The notes under the pieces are model-generated. The model made no database searches and was not told the origin of the DNA. It saw only the letters and a program-made list of their open reading frames with translations. Both the position numbers and the translations under genes were made by a program. DNA of 63,973 nt, counting the filler, from a bacterium (GTDB lineage Bacteria; JALSQH01), in assembly GCA_026985515.1 (NCBI GenBank). It is 6 parts of 6 records of this genome, joined end to end, with 100 filler letters (N's around TTAATTAATTAA, not from the genome) between each part and the next. Parts side by side here need not be neighbours in the genome. Positions count along the whole stretch, not along the records: positions 1 to 20,908 come from JALSQH010000010.1; positions 21,009 to 41,901 come from JALSQH010000011.1; 4 more parts are not named here. One strand, 5' to 3'. This document shows positions 19,982 through 29,714 of this stretch, in pieces. How positions within the stretch are numbered: the first letter of the stretch is position 1; every line of letters starts with the position of its first letter.

Positions 19982-20908
19982 TCAGAAAAAGATAAACATG
20001 ATTATGAAAAATGAAGGAATCAGAATTGTCAACGAGTACTTGAGCACATAACCAAAGAAGCTCGGCATGGCAATTCCTGCTTCCTCAGCAATAGACTTGA
20101 CCATGAAGTTTGGAGCATTTCCAATGTAGGTATTGGCTCCCATAAAAACCGCCCCTGTTGAAATGGCTTCCAGAAATATTGCCTTCTGACTGAGGAGCAA
20201 CTTCACAGCCTGATGTTCAGGCATGCCCATAAAGAACTTTCCAAGTGCCGAGTTGAAGAATGTGAGATATGTTGGGGTATTGTCCAGGAAACTGGAGAGT
20301 ATCCCTGTGGCCCAGTAGTAGTGGGCGGGATCGTTGATGGCTCTTATCAATCCTGCAAGAGCACCTTCCTCTCCTGCTCTGAGTATATCAAGGGCGGGAA
20401 TCATTGTAACAAAGATTCCGGCAAAGAGAATGGCAACCTCCTCAATAGCATACCAGGTAAATTCATTTTCCTTATAAAGTTCCTTATCGGTGAAGTAGAG
20501 GGAGAGCAGTCCCATAAGTATCAGAAATCCATCTCTGATTAAGTTTGCCACCTTCAGTTCAATGGGTCCAAGAGCGATGGAACCGAGATCAACAAGCCCT
20601 GAAAAAAGAACTCCACCAACAATGCCAGCCAGAAAAATGAAATTGTGCAGACCCACAATTCTCAGTTTCTGATTGTTCTCCGGTGTGAAGTTCCTGATTT
20701 CTTCCTTTTCCTTTCTGTAGTAGTAAGAATCAATAATGTAATAGATCAGAAGAAGCATTCCAACCTCGGTTAGCCATACCGGTAGCAGTCTAACTGTCGT
20801 CCAGAAAAAGGGGACACCATGGAGAAATCCCATGAAGAGTGGTGGATCTCCAAGGGGAGTCAGAAGACCTCCAATATTACTCACCAGGAAAATGAAAAAT
20901 ACTACAGT
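19982..20908 (-). CDS. Putative Na+:H+ antiporter/IT-superfamily transporter (5' truncated)
   Basis: SNIGGLLTPLGDPPLF, SSFLDNTPTY, GANTYIGNAPNFMVK; runs into linker. Confidence 0.85.
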   Translation of the reverse strand, partial: TVVFFIFLVSNIGGLLTPLGDPPLFMGFLHGVPFFWTTVRLLPVWLTEVGMLLLIYYIIDSYYYRKEKEEIRNFTPENNQKLRIVGLHNFIFLAGIVGGVLFSGLVDLGSIALGPIELKVANLIRDGFLILMGLLSLYFTDKELYKENEFTWYAIEEVAILFAGIFVTMIPALDILRAGEEGALAGLIRAINDPAHYYWATGILSSFLDNTPTYLTFFNSALGKFFMGMPEHQAVKLLLSQKAIFLEAISTGAVFMGANTYIGNAPNFMVKSIAEEAGIAMPSFFGYVLKYSLTILIPSFFIIMFIFF

Positions 20909-21008
20909 NNNNNNNNNNNNNNNNNNNNNNNNNNNNNNNNNNNNNNNNNNNNTTAATTAATTAANNNNNNNNNNNNNNNNNNNNNNNNNNNNNNNNNNNN
21001 NNNNNNNN
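20909..21008. other. Artificial contig linker
   Basis: N-run with TTAATTAATTAA six-frame stop spacer. Confidence 0.98.
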
Positions 21009-21905
21009 ATGGGGATTAAAATTCCTTCTTGCAAAACATATAATGTGACAAGGAAAGTAATTCCTGAAACAAGTTGGGATTTATCCTCTGCGATTGCGTA
21101 TCATACCATTGCATATTTCGTAGTTTTTAAGGCGTATAACGAGGATTATTGGTATCCTAAGTATGGAGAAGGTTATTGGGTAGGTTGTGGACCCGTTGCA
21201 GCAGCTCTGGTTTTTCGTTACTGGGGGCTTATTAATAATGGTTATGCCAGATGCTTACCTAACCTTTTTTCGTATGAATTATTAGAAAAGATTCATGAGG
21301 AGGCACATACAAGTTTTGATGGAGGAACTACCGATTTTGATTTGATTGAAGGAATTGAGAAAACAGCACAGTATTATGGAATGAAGTTTAATGCTGAATT
21401 TACTGTTAGAGTTCCCTCTTTTTTTGAAGATGAAATTAACGATAATAGAATAGCAATTATGGGGGTAGTGAATGACCCGGAATGGGAAGATCATTTTGTT
21501 ACTGTTTATGGTTATCAGATTGATCATAGAAGGGAAACCTGTTGTCAGATAGATTGGATTTGTCCAGATCATCATTATGTAAGAGTAATATTAGGATGGC
21601 CTTTGTGGCGTACAGTATGTGAGTATTATGATGGTGAATATAAGTGTAAGACAGAGATGGTTGATATTGAATTAGCTACACGATCTATGGGACCTTGGTA
21701 TAAAGACTTAACGACTATTATCACTGGAATACAAGTTATCGCGAAGAAACCCTGTTCCTCGGGTGGGGGTGGAGGAGGTGGAGGTGGGGGAGGGTGTAGC
21801 ATGGGAAATTTAAACATAATGAGTGGAATATTCATTATTGTAGTGTTTGCCTTTATTATGTTTAAACAGAGGTATAAAAAATGTTCGACAGGAAAAGATT
21901 GTTGA
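21009..21905 (+). CDS. Papain-like cysteine peptidase (C39/C10-like) with C-terminal Gly-linker/Cys/TM sorting tail; 5' probably truncated
   Basis: GCGPVAAALVFRYWG (catalytic Cys), DHFVTVYGY (His); tail GGGGGGGGGGGCSM-hydrophobic-KQRYKK. Confidence 0.75.
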   Translation: MGIKIPSCKTYNVTRKVIPETSWDLSSAIAYHTIAYFVVFKAYNEDYWYPKYGEGYWVGCGPVAAALVFRYWGLINNGYARCLPNLFSYELLEKIHEEAHTSFDGGTTDFDLIEGIEKTAQYYGMKFNAEFTVRVPSFFEDEINDNRIAIMGVVNDPEWEDHFVTVYGYQIDHRRETCCQIDWICPDHHYVRVILGWPLWRTVCEYYDGEYKCKTEMVDIELATRSMGPWYKDLTTIITGIQVIAKKPCSSGGGGGGGGGGGCSMGNLNIMSGIFIIVVFAFIMFKQRYKKCSTGKDC

Positions 21906-23386
21906 AAAAAAAGATTTTTTCTGTGCCAGTGTTAATTTTTGTTATAAATTTGCTATCATGCCATCCTGATTTTCGTGGCGGGCCATGCCATCCAGAATGG
22001 GTGGTTGATGGTGTAAAGGATATAGTTGTTTCTCCTCTTGAGAATGGATTATCACTTATAACGCTTTATGTTGAAAATGAGGGAATGGAAACCTATTATT
22101 CAACGGGGAAAGCAGAAATAAATTATTATCGTGTGAATTCTACTTCTCAATTACACATAGAAAAAAATTATCCTTTATTTGTTTCAACTTTTGCTCAGGA
22201 ATATAACTTTTTTGACTTCCTGGATATTTATCCTGTTGAGGGAACGGGAAATACTTTTCTCTTTAAAGCGATGTTTTTTAAAGGTTGGCATTCTCCGGGA
22301 AAGAATCTCTATTTTCTAAATGAAAATGGCACTTTTAGAAAAATAATGAGTGGAGTTTTTAATACTGGTTTTAAAATTGACAGAGGATACTATTTTTCTT
22401 CAGTGTCCCTTTTTTACTGGGCTCCCTTTTATAGATACTCAACCTCATGGGAAAAATATGAATGGACTTATAAAGATTATGAGATCTCACAGGACAGGTT
22501 ACCGGGAATTTTTGAGGTATATCCTTACGATTCAGGATATCATCCCAGAATTTTTTTGAGAGATAAAGGGCTTGAGCTATCCAGGCTTTTTATTGTTGAA
22601 GGGGGAGGAGTTATCAGTGGAACCAGTAAGATGTATTTTCAGGGAAGTGATTCATTTGATTACAAAGAAGTTGAAAATGACCCAGAGTATTTAAAAAATA
22701 TTGCTTCATACCTTTTCATTGGTGATATTGTAGTTGGTGATTATTCAATGGATGTTACAGATGTTAGATATATTCAATTTAAAGATCCTGCGACCTTTGT
22801 TACTATTCTTGGTGCGGATTATTTTAAAGATATTGGTTTCGTGGTTTATGCAAGGGAATTCCCCAGAGATCTGGATTATGAGGTATGGGGAGGATTATCA
22901 GGTGTAAAAGATCGAGTTATGATTCTGGATCCGCTGAATTTATCACTTATAATGGGAAAAGAAATTATGTATGATGGTAAGGTAATTTTTCATGCTCCTC
23001 TCATGCTTTATCCTGATTCTGGTCCGATTCATCCTGTTGCTTTTGATAGGAAGAATAAAAGAATAATTTCTGTTTTTGGGAACAAAGTTACAATTATAAA
23101 CCTGGGCTCATTCAAGATAGTGACCTTAACATTGCCTTCTCCCTGGGTTTGTGATGCAGAGAGCAGCGGGGTGATAATAGATAGCGGTGGAAATATCGGG
23201 GTATGGGTGGATGGTGATGGATATATCTGGATAGTTGCTCGGGATATGAATTCAGGAAAAGTGGAGAAAGAGGAGATAGTGAAACCATGTATTCACCTCA
23301 GACATGTGAGATTCAGATATGGTGTACTCAGGATAGAAGAAAAAAATGGCAATTATTCTATTAAGGTAGTAGGGGAGCTGAAGTAG
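21881..23386 (+). CDS. Hypothetical lipoprotein, paralog 1
   Basis: Lipobox LLSC; beta-rich; clearly similar to 23425-24900. Confidence 0.75.
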   Translation: MFDRKRLLKKKIFSVPVLIFVINLLSCHPDFRGGPCHPEWVVDGVKDIVVSPLENGLSLITLYVENEGMETYYSTGKAEINYYRVNSTSQLHIEKNYPLFVSTFAQEYNFFDFLDIYPVEGTGNTFLFKAMFFKGWHSPGKNLYFLNENGTFRKIMSGVFNTGFKIDRGYYFSSVSLFYWAPFYRYSTSWEKYEWTYKDYEISQDRLPGIFEVYPYDSGYHPRIFLRDKGLELSRLFIVEGGGVISGTSKMYFQGSDSFDYKEVENDPEYLKNIASYLFIGDIVVGDYSMDVTDVRYIQFKDPATFVTILGADYFKDIGFVVYAREFPRDLDYEVWGGLSGVKDRVMILDPLNLSLIMGKEIMYDGKVIFHAPLMLYPDSGPIHPVAFDRKNKRIISVFGNKVTIINLGSFKIVTLTLPSPWVCDAESSGVIIDSGGNIGVWVDGDGYIWIVARDMNSGKVEKEEIVKPCIHLRHVRFRYGVLRIEEKNGNYSIKVVGELK

Positions 23387-23424
23387 GGTTGAATGTTATC
23401 TATTTTGAGCAAAAGGCATAGAAA

Positions 23425-24900
23425 ATGTTCAGGGGTAGCTTTAAGATAAAAAGGATATATTTTCTTATCCTGTTGTTAGGACTGATTTTCTCTTCCTGTC
23501 ATAATAACTCTACAGAACCTAAAGGGGGAAGTCGTCCGCCATTAATTTTTATTGAGGGTATTGGTAATATTGTTGTTTCTCCTCTAAGGGATGGATTGTC
23601 ACTGATAGCTATAAGAGCGAACAGATTCAAGTATAGTTCCTACCCTCCAATTCCTCCAATTGAAAGTGCAGAGTTGATAAATTACCGTGTTGAATCTTCT
23701 CAATTATGGGTTGAAAAGAGTCAACCTTTATATCCCTCTGCTTTAACTGATGGTTTTGAATTTTTCGATAGTCTGGAAATTTATCCTGTGGATGGAACAA
23801 CTAACTCTTTTCTTTTAGGAGCTCGATTTATAACAGGGGAAACTGTGTCACATGAGACTTTTTTTCTGAATGAAAATGGTAAATTTAAGCAGGTAAAAGG
23901 AGGAATTACTAACATTATTTTCAAAATAAGTAGTGGATATTATTTTTCCATTGTTTCAAATTTATATTGGGCTCCACTTGTAAGATATGCTTTTTTTGGA
24001 GAAGATGAAAAAAATTATAATCTCAGAATCTCACCTGATAGATTACCCGGATTCTTTGAAGCGTATCCTTACACTTCAGCGTATCATCCCAGAATTTTTC
24101 TGAAAAACAGAGACATTGATCTTTCCAGACTTTTTATAGTTGAAGGGGGAGAAATAATTGGTGATACCAATCTGATTTATTTTCAGGGTTGTGATGCTTT
24201 TGATCTTGATCTTCTTCGCAGTTTTCCCTCCCGGGCGGAAGATATTTCTTCTTACCTTTTTATTGGGAATGTTAAAGTTAATGGTTATTCAATGGATGTA
24301 ACTGATGTTAGATATATTCGGTTTAATGATCCGGCAACTTTTGTCACAATTATGGGTGTAGAATATTTGAGAAATAAAGGGTTAGTGGTTTATGCGAGAG
24401 AGTTTCCTAAAGATATAACTACTCAGCAGGAAATCACAAAGATAAAAGACAAGTTGATGATACTGGATCCGGAAAATTTAAAGATTATTAGTGAGAAAGA
24501 AATCTTATGGAGTGAGGTAAATTCATCGGAAGCTAATTTTAATTTTCCTTTACTTGTTGAATATGATGAAAATCCCCCCAAACTTATTGCTTTTGATAAG
24601 AGAAATCAAAGAATTGTGTCTGTTATGGGCAGTAGAGTTTTAATTATAGATTTGGGTTCCTTCCGGGTTGAAACATTGGAATTGCCGTCTCCCTGGATTT
24701 GTGACATAAGTGGTACCGGTGTGTGGGTAGATGCTACTGGACACATATGGGTAATTGCCCGTGATGTAAATTCGGGTAAAGTAGACAAAAAACGATTTAA
24801 ACCAGGGGTTATCCTATTTGCAAAATTGAGGTTTGGAGTATTGAGTATAAATATAGAGGAGGGTAAATATTCTGTGAGAGTTGTGGAGGAGCTAAAATAA
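23425..24900 (+). CDS. Hypothetical lipoprotein, paralog 2
   Basis: Lipobox FSSC; shares RLPG.FE.YPY.S.YHPRIFL, YSMDVTDVRYI.F.DPATFVTI, LPSPW.CD with upstream gene. Confidence 0.75.
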   Translation: MFRGSFKIKRIYFLILLLGLIFSSCHNNSTEPKGGSRPPLIFIEGIGNIVVSPLRDGLSLIAIRANRFKYSSYPPIPPIESAELINYRVESSQLWVEKSQPLYPSALTDGFEFFDSLEIYPVDGTTNSFLLGARFITGETVSHETFFLNENGKFKQVKGGITNIIFKISSGYYFSIVSNLYWAPLVRYAFFGEDEKNYNLRISPDRLPGFFEAYPYTSAYHPRIFLKNRDIDLSRLFIVEGGEIIGDTNLIYFQGCDAFDLDLLRSFPSRAEDISSYLFIGNVKVNGYSMDVTDVRYIRFNDPATFVTIMGVEYLRNKGLVVYAREFPKDITTQQEITKIKDKLMILDPENLKIISEKEILWSEVNSSEANFNFPLLVEYDENPPKLIAFDKRNQRIVSVMGSRVLIIDLGSFRVETLELPSPWICDISGTGVWVDATGHIWVIARDVNSGKVDKKRFKPGVILFAKLRFGVLSINIEEGKYSVRVVEELK

Positions 24901-25028
24901 GTAATAAAGAATAAACCTGTTCCAAAAATAGGATAAAACCATTTACCAGGAAGGAGATTTGTACAAGGTGTGTGGTAGGTATTGGATTTTTCAGTTTATC
25001 ATTTGATTCTTGCCCGAAAGTATTCTCA

Positions 25029-25320
25029 TACCCAAAATCTCAATTAAGAGATTTTGGGTAACTAAAATTTATTATTTTAGAAAATATACCCTATATCATT
25101 CCGTCATCCTTTGGATGACGGAATGTGAGATTCTGAAATTTATAAAAAAATACCCTATATTCTGCCGTTACCCTTTAGGTAACGGAAGATGATATGCAGA
25201 AATTTATTATTTAAAAAAATATTCTTCCGTCATCCTTTGGATGGCGGAAGATGAGATGCTGATTTATAGGCAAAAAAAGGCAGACGCTATATTAACCTGA
25301 TTTCTATTTGAGGATTTCGG
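25029..25320 (+). repeat. Dispersed hairpin repeat family, copy A (one H1 hairpin + three tandem ~63-bp hairpin units)
   Basis: Stems TACCCAAAATCTC/GAGATTTTGGGTA (25029-25060), CATTCCGTCATCC/GGATGACGGAATG (25097-25125), CCGTTACC/GGTAACGG (25165-25185), TCTTCCGTCATCC/GGATGGCGGAAGA (25223-25251). Confidence 0.85.
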
Positions 25321-25361
25321 AAGTTTGTATTTTTTTCAATATCATACTATAATTTATAATA

Positions 25362-27671
25362 ATGATAGTCAGGTTCTTAATTTTAAGTTTTTTGCTAATT
25401 CCCTTTTCTCTCTTCTCCGCTGCAAACTCTGTGGAAACAATGTTCGGTGCAACCAACATATATGGTATAGCTGGAGAGGGGGGTTTAACAGCTGCATTTT
25501 CGAAAGAGGGAGAACTTACAGTATTAAGATGGCCCAATCCCAGTTTCTATGAACTGCTAAACTACATCACTTCAAACTTTTCCGATGCCAGAGAGATGCC
25601 CCATCTTGGAGCATCATCATACATGGGAGGTTTTGGAGGAGTTATTTTTTACCACAGGGGAAAACGATATGTTTCTGAACTTCGTAACAGTTCAGATTGG
25701 AGAGTGGAAACAACCTATCTCTCACCAGATGCAGAAATCTTACAGCACAAATTCAACAATCTTGCTTTTCCACTGAAAGTTATTCAGATTGATCTGGTGG
25801 ATCCGGAAACTGATGTTCTTGCAGTAGCATTCAAAGCTGATTATTCCAGTGAAATTACTGGAGTGAAATTTTTCTTCTACCTTGATCCGGCTATCTCCCT
25901 GAAGAGAAGAGAATTCATCCCAACCTATGCGTATGAAGATGACCCGGATAAGGGTTTCCTCCTCTTTTACATGAAAAACCACTCCATTTTCGTTGACTTT
26001 ACTCCACATGATCCTGATTCCTCAAAAAATCTCATTACCCGCTGGAAAAGCATCTTTAACCCCAACACCACTTCTTACGCAGATGTTGAAGAGATCCTGG
26101 GAAAGGGACTTTACCTCGTTGTTGGAAGCAACTTCCCCATATCTTCATTCCAATGTGGAAGGGATGATGTTTTCAGCGGTAACAATGAAAGTGCATATCA
26201 GGATCTCAAGGATGGAAACTTAAATAACAATTATGTTTCCACATTTCATGAAAATCTGGCATTTACAGGTAATGCTCAGAAAGATGTATGGAAGGCAGTA
26301 TTTATAACAGCAGGATTCACTGTGACAGATGCAGTAAATCGTTTGAACATGCTGAGAAGATCCCAGTTTGAAGATGTTATTGAAAGGACACAGGAATGGT
26401 GGGAAGATTTCCTGTCAAGGGCAAATATACCTTCAGATATACCCGTTGCAGAAAGAAATTTTATTAAAAGGACCATACAGACCATCAGGACCTCAATGGA
26501 CAGGAAAAGTGGAGCCATAGTTGCCTCGGTAGCCACACAGCCTCCATACTTCCTGGACTGGCCAAGAGATGGTTCTTTCATAAACTACTTTCTCGACACC
26601 GCTGGTTATCATGATCTCGTTCTTCAACATAATTTATTCTATTTGAAAATGCAGAGGAAGAAAGATGGTGAGAAAGCCCTCACTCCCAACAGTCCCGCGG
26701 GAACATTTGCAATGAACTATTATCCTGACGGAATGGTTGGCGGACCCATTGATTTTGAAATTGATCAGACAGGTCTGATTCTCTGGACCTGGTGCACCCA
26801 TGGCAAATTTATCAAGGACCCTGTTGAACAGAGAGAATATTATGAAACCTTTTATCCGGGTATCAAACTTGCAGCCGAAGCACTGATGAAGTGTTACGAT
26901 CAGAAAACAGGACTCCAGTGTATAACAAATGAGGATGATAACCCCATGCCCACCCAGGGACTTCAGGGAGCCATCACAGAGTATCTTGGATTGAAAAGTG
27001 CCTCTGAAGTTGCCTATTACCTCGGAGATGAAGAAAGTGCAAGGAGATGGTCAGAGAGAGCAGATGAACTGAGAGAAGCGATCTACAGGAACTTTTATGA
27101 CATTAAGCTTGGTAGATTCAATGGCAATTTTGACTACTATGGAAACAGCGGATGGGCGATCTGGCCTGTGAAACTCTGGGATAAAAATGACCCAAGATGG
27201 AGAGGAATTGTGGATTTTCTCTTTGAAACATTGAGAAATAACATCCTCTTTCCATCACCGGAGGGTTCAGCTTATGATGCAAAGGTATCTCTCGGGCTGG
27301 ATTTCATTCTTCCCGCATACGATAAAAGAAGAACTGTCCTGGGAACGATAATAGAGAATCTCTCCACAAAACTTTCCACAGAAACTCTTCATGTGGGTGA
27401 AGCTTATATGCCAGTTTACAACGATCACACCTTCAAATGGCAAAATGTTACTTCAATTCCTCATGTGTGGGAGGCTTCCCTCATTTCACTATCTGTAATT
27501 GCATATTATCATCCTGAAATTCTCAACCTTCCTGCATTGAGTAAATATAAAGAGGAAACAGAGGGCTGCAGCAGTCTCAACCCGGGGAGAGAAAGAAATA
27601 TTTCTTCACTTTTTCTTCTGCTTCTGATAATTCCCATATGGAGGTGGTACAGATGGCGAAAATCGGGATAA
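25362..27671 (+). CDS. Secreted GH15-like (six-hairpin) glycoside hydrolase with C-terminal Cys/TM sorting tail
   Basis: Signal peptide; GAIVAS, YFLDWPRDGSF, FEIDQTG; tail EGCSS...LFLLLLIIPIWRWYRWRK. Confidence 0.75.
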   Translation: MIVRFLILSFLLIPFSLFSAANSVETMFGATNIYGIAGEGGLTAAFSKEGELTVLRWPNPSFYELLNYITSNFSDAREMPHLGASSYMGGFGGVIFYHRGKRYVSELRNSSDWRVETTYLSPDAEILQHKFNNLAFPLKVIQIDLVDPETDVLAVAFKADYSSEITGVKFFFYLDPAISLKRREFIPTYAYEDDPDKGFLLFYMKNHSIFVDFTPHDPDSSKNLITRWKSIFNPNTTSYADVEEILGKGLYLVVGSNFPISSFQCGRDDVFSGNNESAYQDLKDGNLNNNYVSTFHENLAFTGNAQKDVWKAVFITAGFTVTDAVNRLNMLRRSQFEDVIERTQEWWEDFLSRANIPSDIPVAERNFIKRTIQTIRTSMDRKSGAIVASVATQPPYFLDWPRDGSFINYFLDTAGYHDLVLQHNLFYLKMQRKKDGEKALTPNSPAGTFAMNYYPDGMVGGPIDFEIDQTGLILWTWCTHGKFIKDPVEQREYYETFYPGIKLAAEALMKCYDQKTGLQCITNEDDNPMPTQGLQGAITEYLGLKSASEVAYYLGDEESARRWSERADELREAIYRNFYDIKLGRFNGNFDYYGNSGWAIWPVKLWDKNDPRWRGIVDFLFETLRNNILFPSPEGSAYDAKVSLGLDFILPAYDKRRTVLGTIIENLSTKLSTETLHVGEAYMPVYNDHTFKWQNVTSIPHVWEASLISLSVIAYYHPEILNLPALSKYKEETEGCSSLNPGRERNISSLFLLLLIIPIWRWYRWRKSG

Positions 27672-28135
27672 TTTCAGACACACACGATAACTGTGATGCA
27701 CTGAAAGAGGTTGTGGAGATATTCAGGAAGGAAGGAGTGGAGTTCATAATTCACGCTGGAGATATAATTGCACCATTTACAGCTAAGATTCTGGAAGAAT
27801 CGGGTATTGATTACCGGGGAGTTTTCGGAAACAACGACGGGGAGAGGGAGTTCATGAAAAAGGTCACCAATAACAAAATTTCCACAAATCTTCTTGAGTT
27901 AGAAATCTTCGGAAAGAGATTTTTTGTTATCCACAACCTGGCAGAAGTGGAGGGTATCCAGTATGCCAATTACTACGATTATGTCATCCATGGCCATACT
28001 CACATACCGGAGGAGAAGAGAATAGGTAAAACCACAGTGATCAATCCGGGTGAACTTGGTGGATGGCTCTACGGCAGGAAAACCTTTGTGATACTGGACA
28101 CAGAGACGAATCTTGTGGAGTTAAGAGAATTATGA
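27653..28135 (+). CDS. YfcE/MJ0936-family metallophosphoesterase
   Basis: ISDTHDN, HAGD, GNND, HGHTH, INPGE. Confidence 0.9.
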   Translation: MAKIGIISDTHDNCDALKEVVEIFRKEGVEFIIHAGDIIAPFTAKILEESGIDYRGVFGNNDGEREFMKKVTNNKISTNLLELEIFGKRFFVIHNLAEVEGIQYANYYDYVIHGHTHIPEEKRIGKTTVINPGELGGWLYGRKTFVILDTETNLVELREL

Positions 28136-29034
28136 ACCTTGACAATCTTCTTGACCAGTTTTTAACCCATATTCTCACGGAAAGAGGATTGTCAAAAAAC
28201 AGCGTTGAAGCGTACAATAACGATCTGAAACACTTTTTGAATTTTGTGGAAGAGAGAGGCATTCACAGTATCAACGATATCAAAAGAACTCACATACTTC
28301 TATTCCAGAAGCATCTGAAAGAGAAGGGGTACAATGTATCTTCAAGATACAGGTACCTCGTTTCCCTGAGGAGATTCTTCAAGTACCTTCTGAGGGAGGA
28401 GATCATCACTGAGGACCCGACCAGAAACATTGAACTTCCCTCAAAAGATAAAAAATTACCCAAAGTTCTCTCTGAAGAAGAAGTTGAAAAACTTCTCAAT
28501 GCTCCAGATATAAATACTCCCTTTGGATTGAGGGATAAAGCTATGCTGGAACTCCTCTATGCCACGGGATTGAGAGTTTCTGAACTTGTAAACCTCAAAT
28601 TAAATCAGGTCTTTCTTGAGCAGGGATACCTCTTCGTAATGGGTAAGGGAAGCAAGGAGAGAATCATTCCCTTTGGAGAAGTGGCAGAAAAGTGGCTGAG
28701 GCGATACATGAAAGAGGGAAGAGGTGAACTTCTGAAGGGTAACACCCGCTCCCCATTTCTCTTCATAGGTTCAAGAGGAAAACCCATAACCAGACAGGGC
28801 TTCTGGAAAAATATCAAAAAATACGCTCTTCAGTGTGGGATTCCTCTTGAGATCATTTCCCCCCATACCCTGAGGCACTCCTTTGCCACCCACCTCCTTG
28901 AACATGGTGCTGATCTCAGATCAGTTCAAACAATGCTGGGACATGCAGATATCTCCACCACCCAGATTTACACACACATAACAAGGGAAAGATTGAAGAG
29001 AGAGTATAAAAAGTACCATCCCAGGGCGGAGTAA
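28132..29034 (+). CDS. xerD: Site-specific tyrosine recombinase XerD
   Basis: RDKAMLELLYATGLRVSEL, GKGSKER, SPHTLRHSFATHLL, LGHADISTTQIYTH, HPRA end. Confidence 0.92.
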   Translation: MNLDNLLDQFLTHILTERGLSKNSVEAYNNDLKHFLNFVEERGIHSINDIKRTHILLFQKHLKEKGYNVSSRYRYLVSLRRFFKYLLREEIITEDPTRNIELPSKDKKLPKVLSEEEVEKLLNAPDINTPFGLRDKAMLELLYATGLRVSELVNLKLNQVFLEQGYLFVMGKGSKERIIPFGEVAEKWLRRYMKEGRGELLKGNTRSPFLFIGSRGKPITRQGFWKNIKKYALQCGIPLEIISPHTLRHSFATHLLEHGADLRSVQTMLGHADISTTQIYTHITRERLKREYKKYHPRAE

Positions 29035-29045
29035 GTCAAGAGGGC

Positions 29046-29699
29046 TCAACCCTCCTGACTCTTCACATACTCCCCGATCTCTTTTAGAAGAGCCGCCGGG
29101 GATTTCACGGGATAGGCAATTTCTCTTACAACCTCCGCTGCGTCTCTCCCCTTTATCTTCACTCCTGCAACTCTATCAGCAATATCTTCAGGAGAATTGA
29201 GAGGATACTTAACACCCCTGATCTTCTTCAAAATTGCATAAGCCCATGGTATATCACACAAAGCTGCTGTTTCTTCACTCATTCCCCGGCAGAATTCAAG
29301 GAGTGTCTGGGCGTCGTTACCCTCTTTTACCATCTTATATGCAAGCTTGGCAATACCACCAGCTGTGTGGACCTTGAGTTCCTTTTTCTCCTCTTCTGCC
29401 AATTCATCAAAGTGTTCCACCTTGTAAATAGCCATATTGGGATCAGCCCTGAGGATATTTCTGACTGTGTTTCTCGTGAGCCCCACAATCTGGGCTATTT
29501 CATCCTCAGTTCTCAAATACTCCTCCCTCAGAACAACTGCAAAGGCTGCCCTTGCAAGAGAGGGAAGCCATGTGAGGGTTCTGAATTCAGCAAGTTTTTT
29601 CAAACCTCCAAGAAGATCTATGGATTTGAAAAAAACCCTGTTCACCAGGTGTTCATAATTTTCATCTGCTCCCATCTGTACACCATCAACTATGATCAT
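29046..29699 (-). CDS. KaiC-associated probable regulatory protein (near_KaiC/AF_0796-like)
   Basis: LTWLPSLARAA, EIAQIVGLTRNTVRNILRA HTH-like segment, HTAGGIAKLAY; adjacent to KaiC-like ATPase. Confidence 0.75.
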   Translation of the reverse strand: MIIVDGVQMGADENYEHLVNRVFFKSIDLLGGLKKLAEFRTLTWLPSLARAAFAVVLREEYLRTEDEIAQIVGLTRNTVRNILRADPNMAIYKVEHFDELAEEEKKELKVHTAGGIAKLAYKMVKEGNDAQTLLEFCRGMSEETAALCDIPWAYAILKKIRGVKYPLNSPEDIADRVAGVKIKGRDAAEVVREIAYPVKSPAALLKEIGEYVKSQEG

Positions 29700-29714
29700 C
29701 TCTTTCCCCTCCTT

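Noticed and set aside
25097-25251. The ~63-bp periodic hairpins as a degenerate CRISPR array
   Set aside because: Intervening sequences are similar to each other rather than unique spacers, and no cas genes or leader are adjacent
28132-29034. Tyrosine recombinase as an integron integrase acting on the hairpin repeats as attC sites
   Set aside because: Sequence is canonical XerD without the IntI-specific insertion, is embedded in a housekeeping operon, and the hairpins lack clear RYYYAAC/GTTRRRY ends
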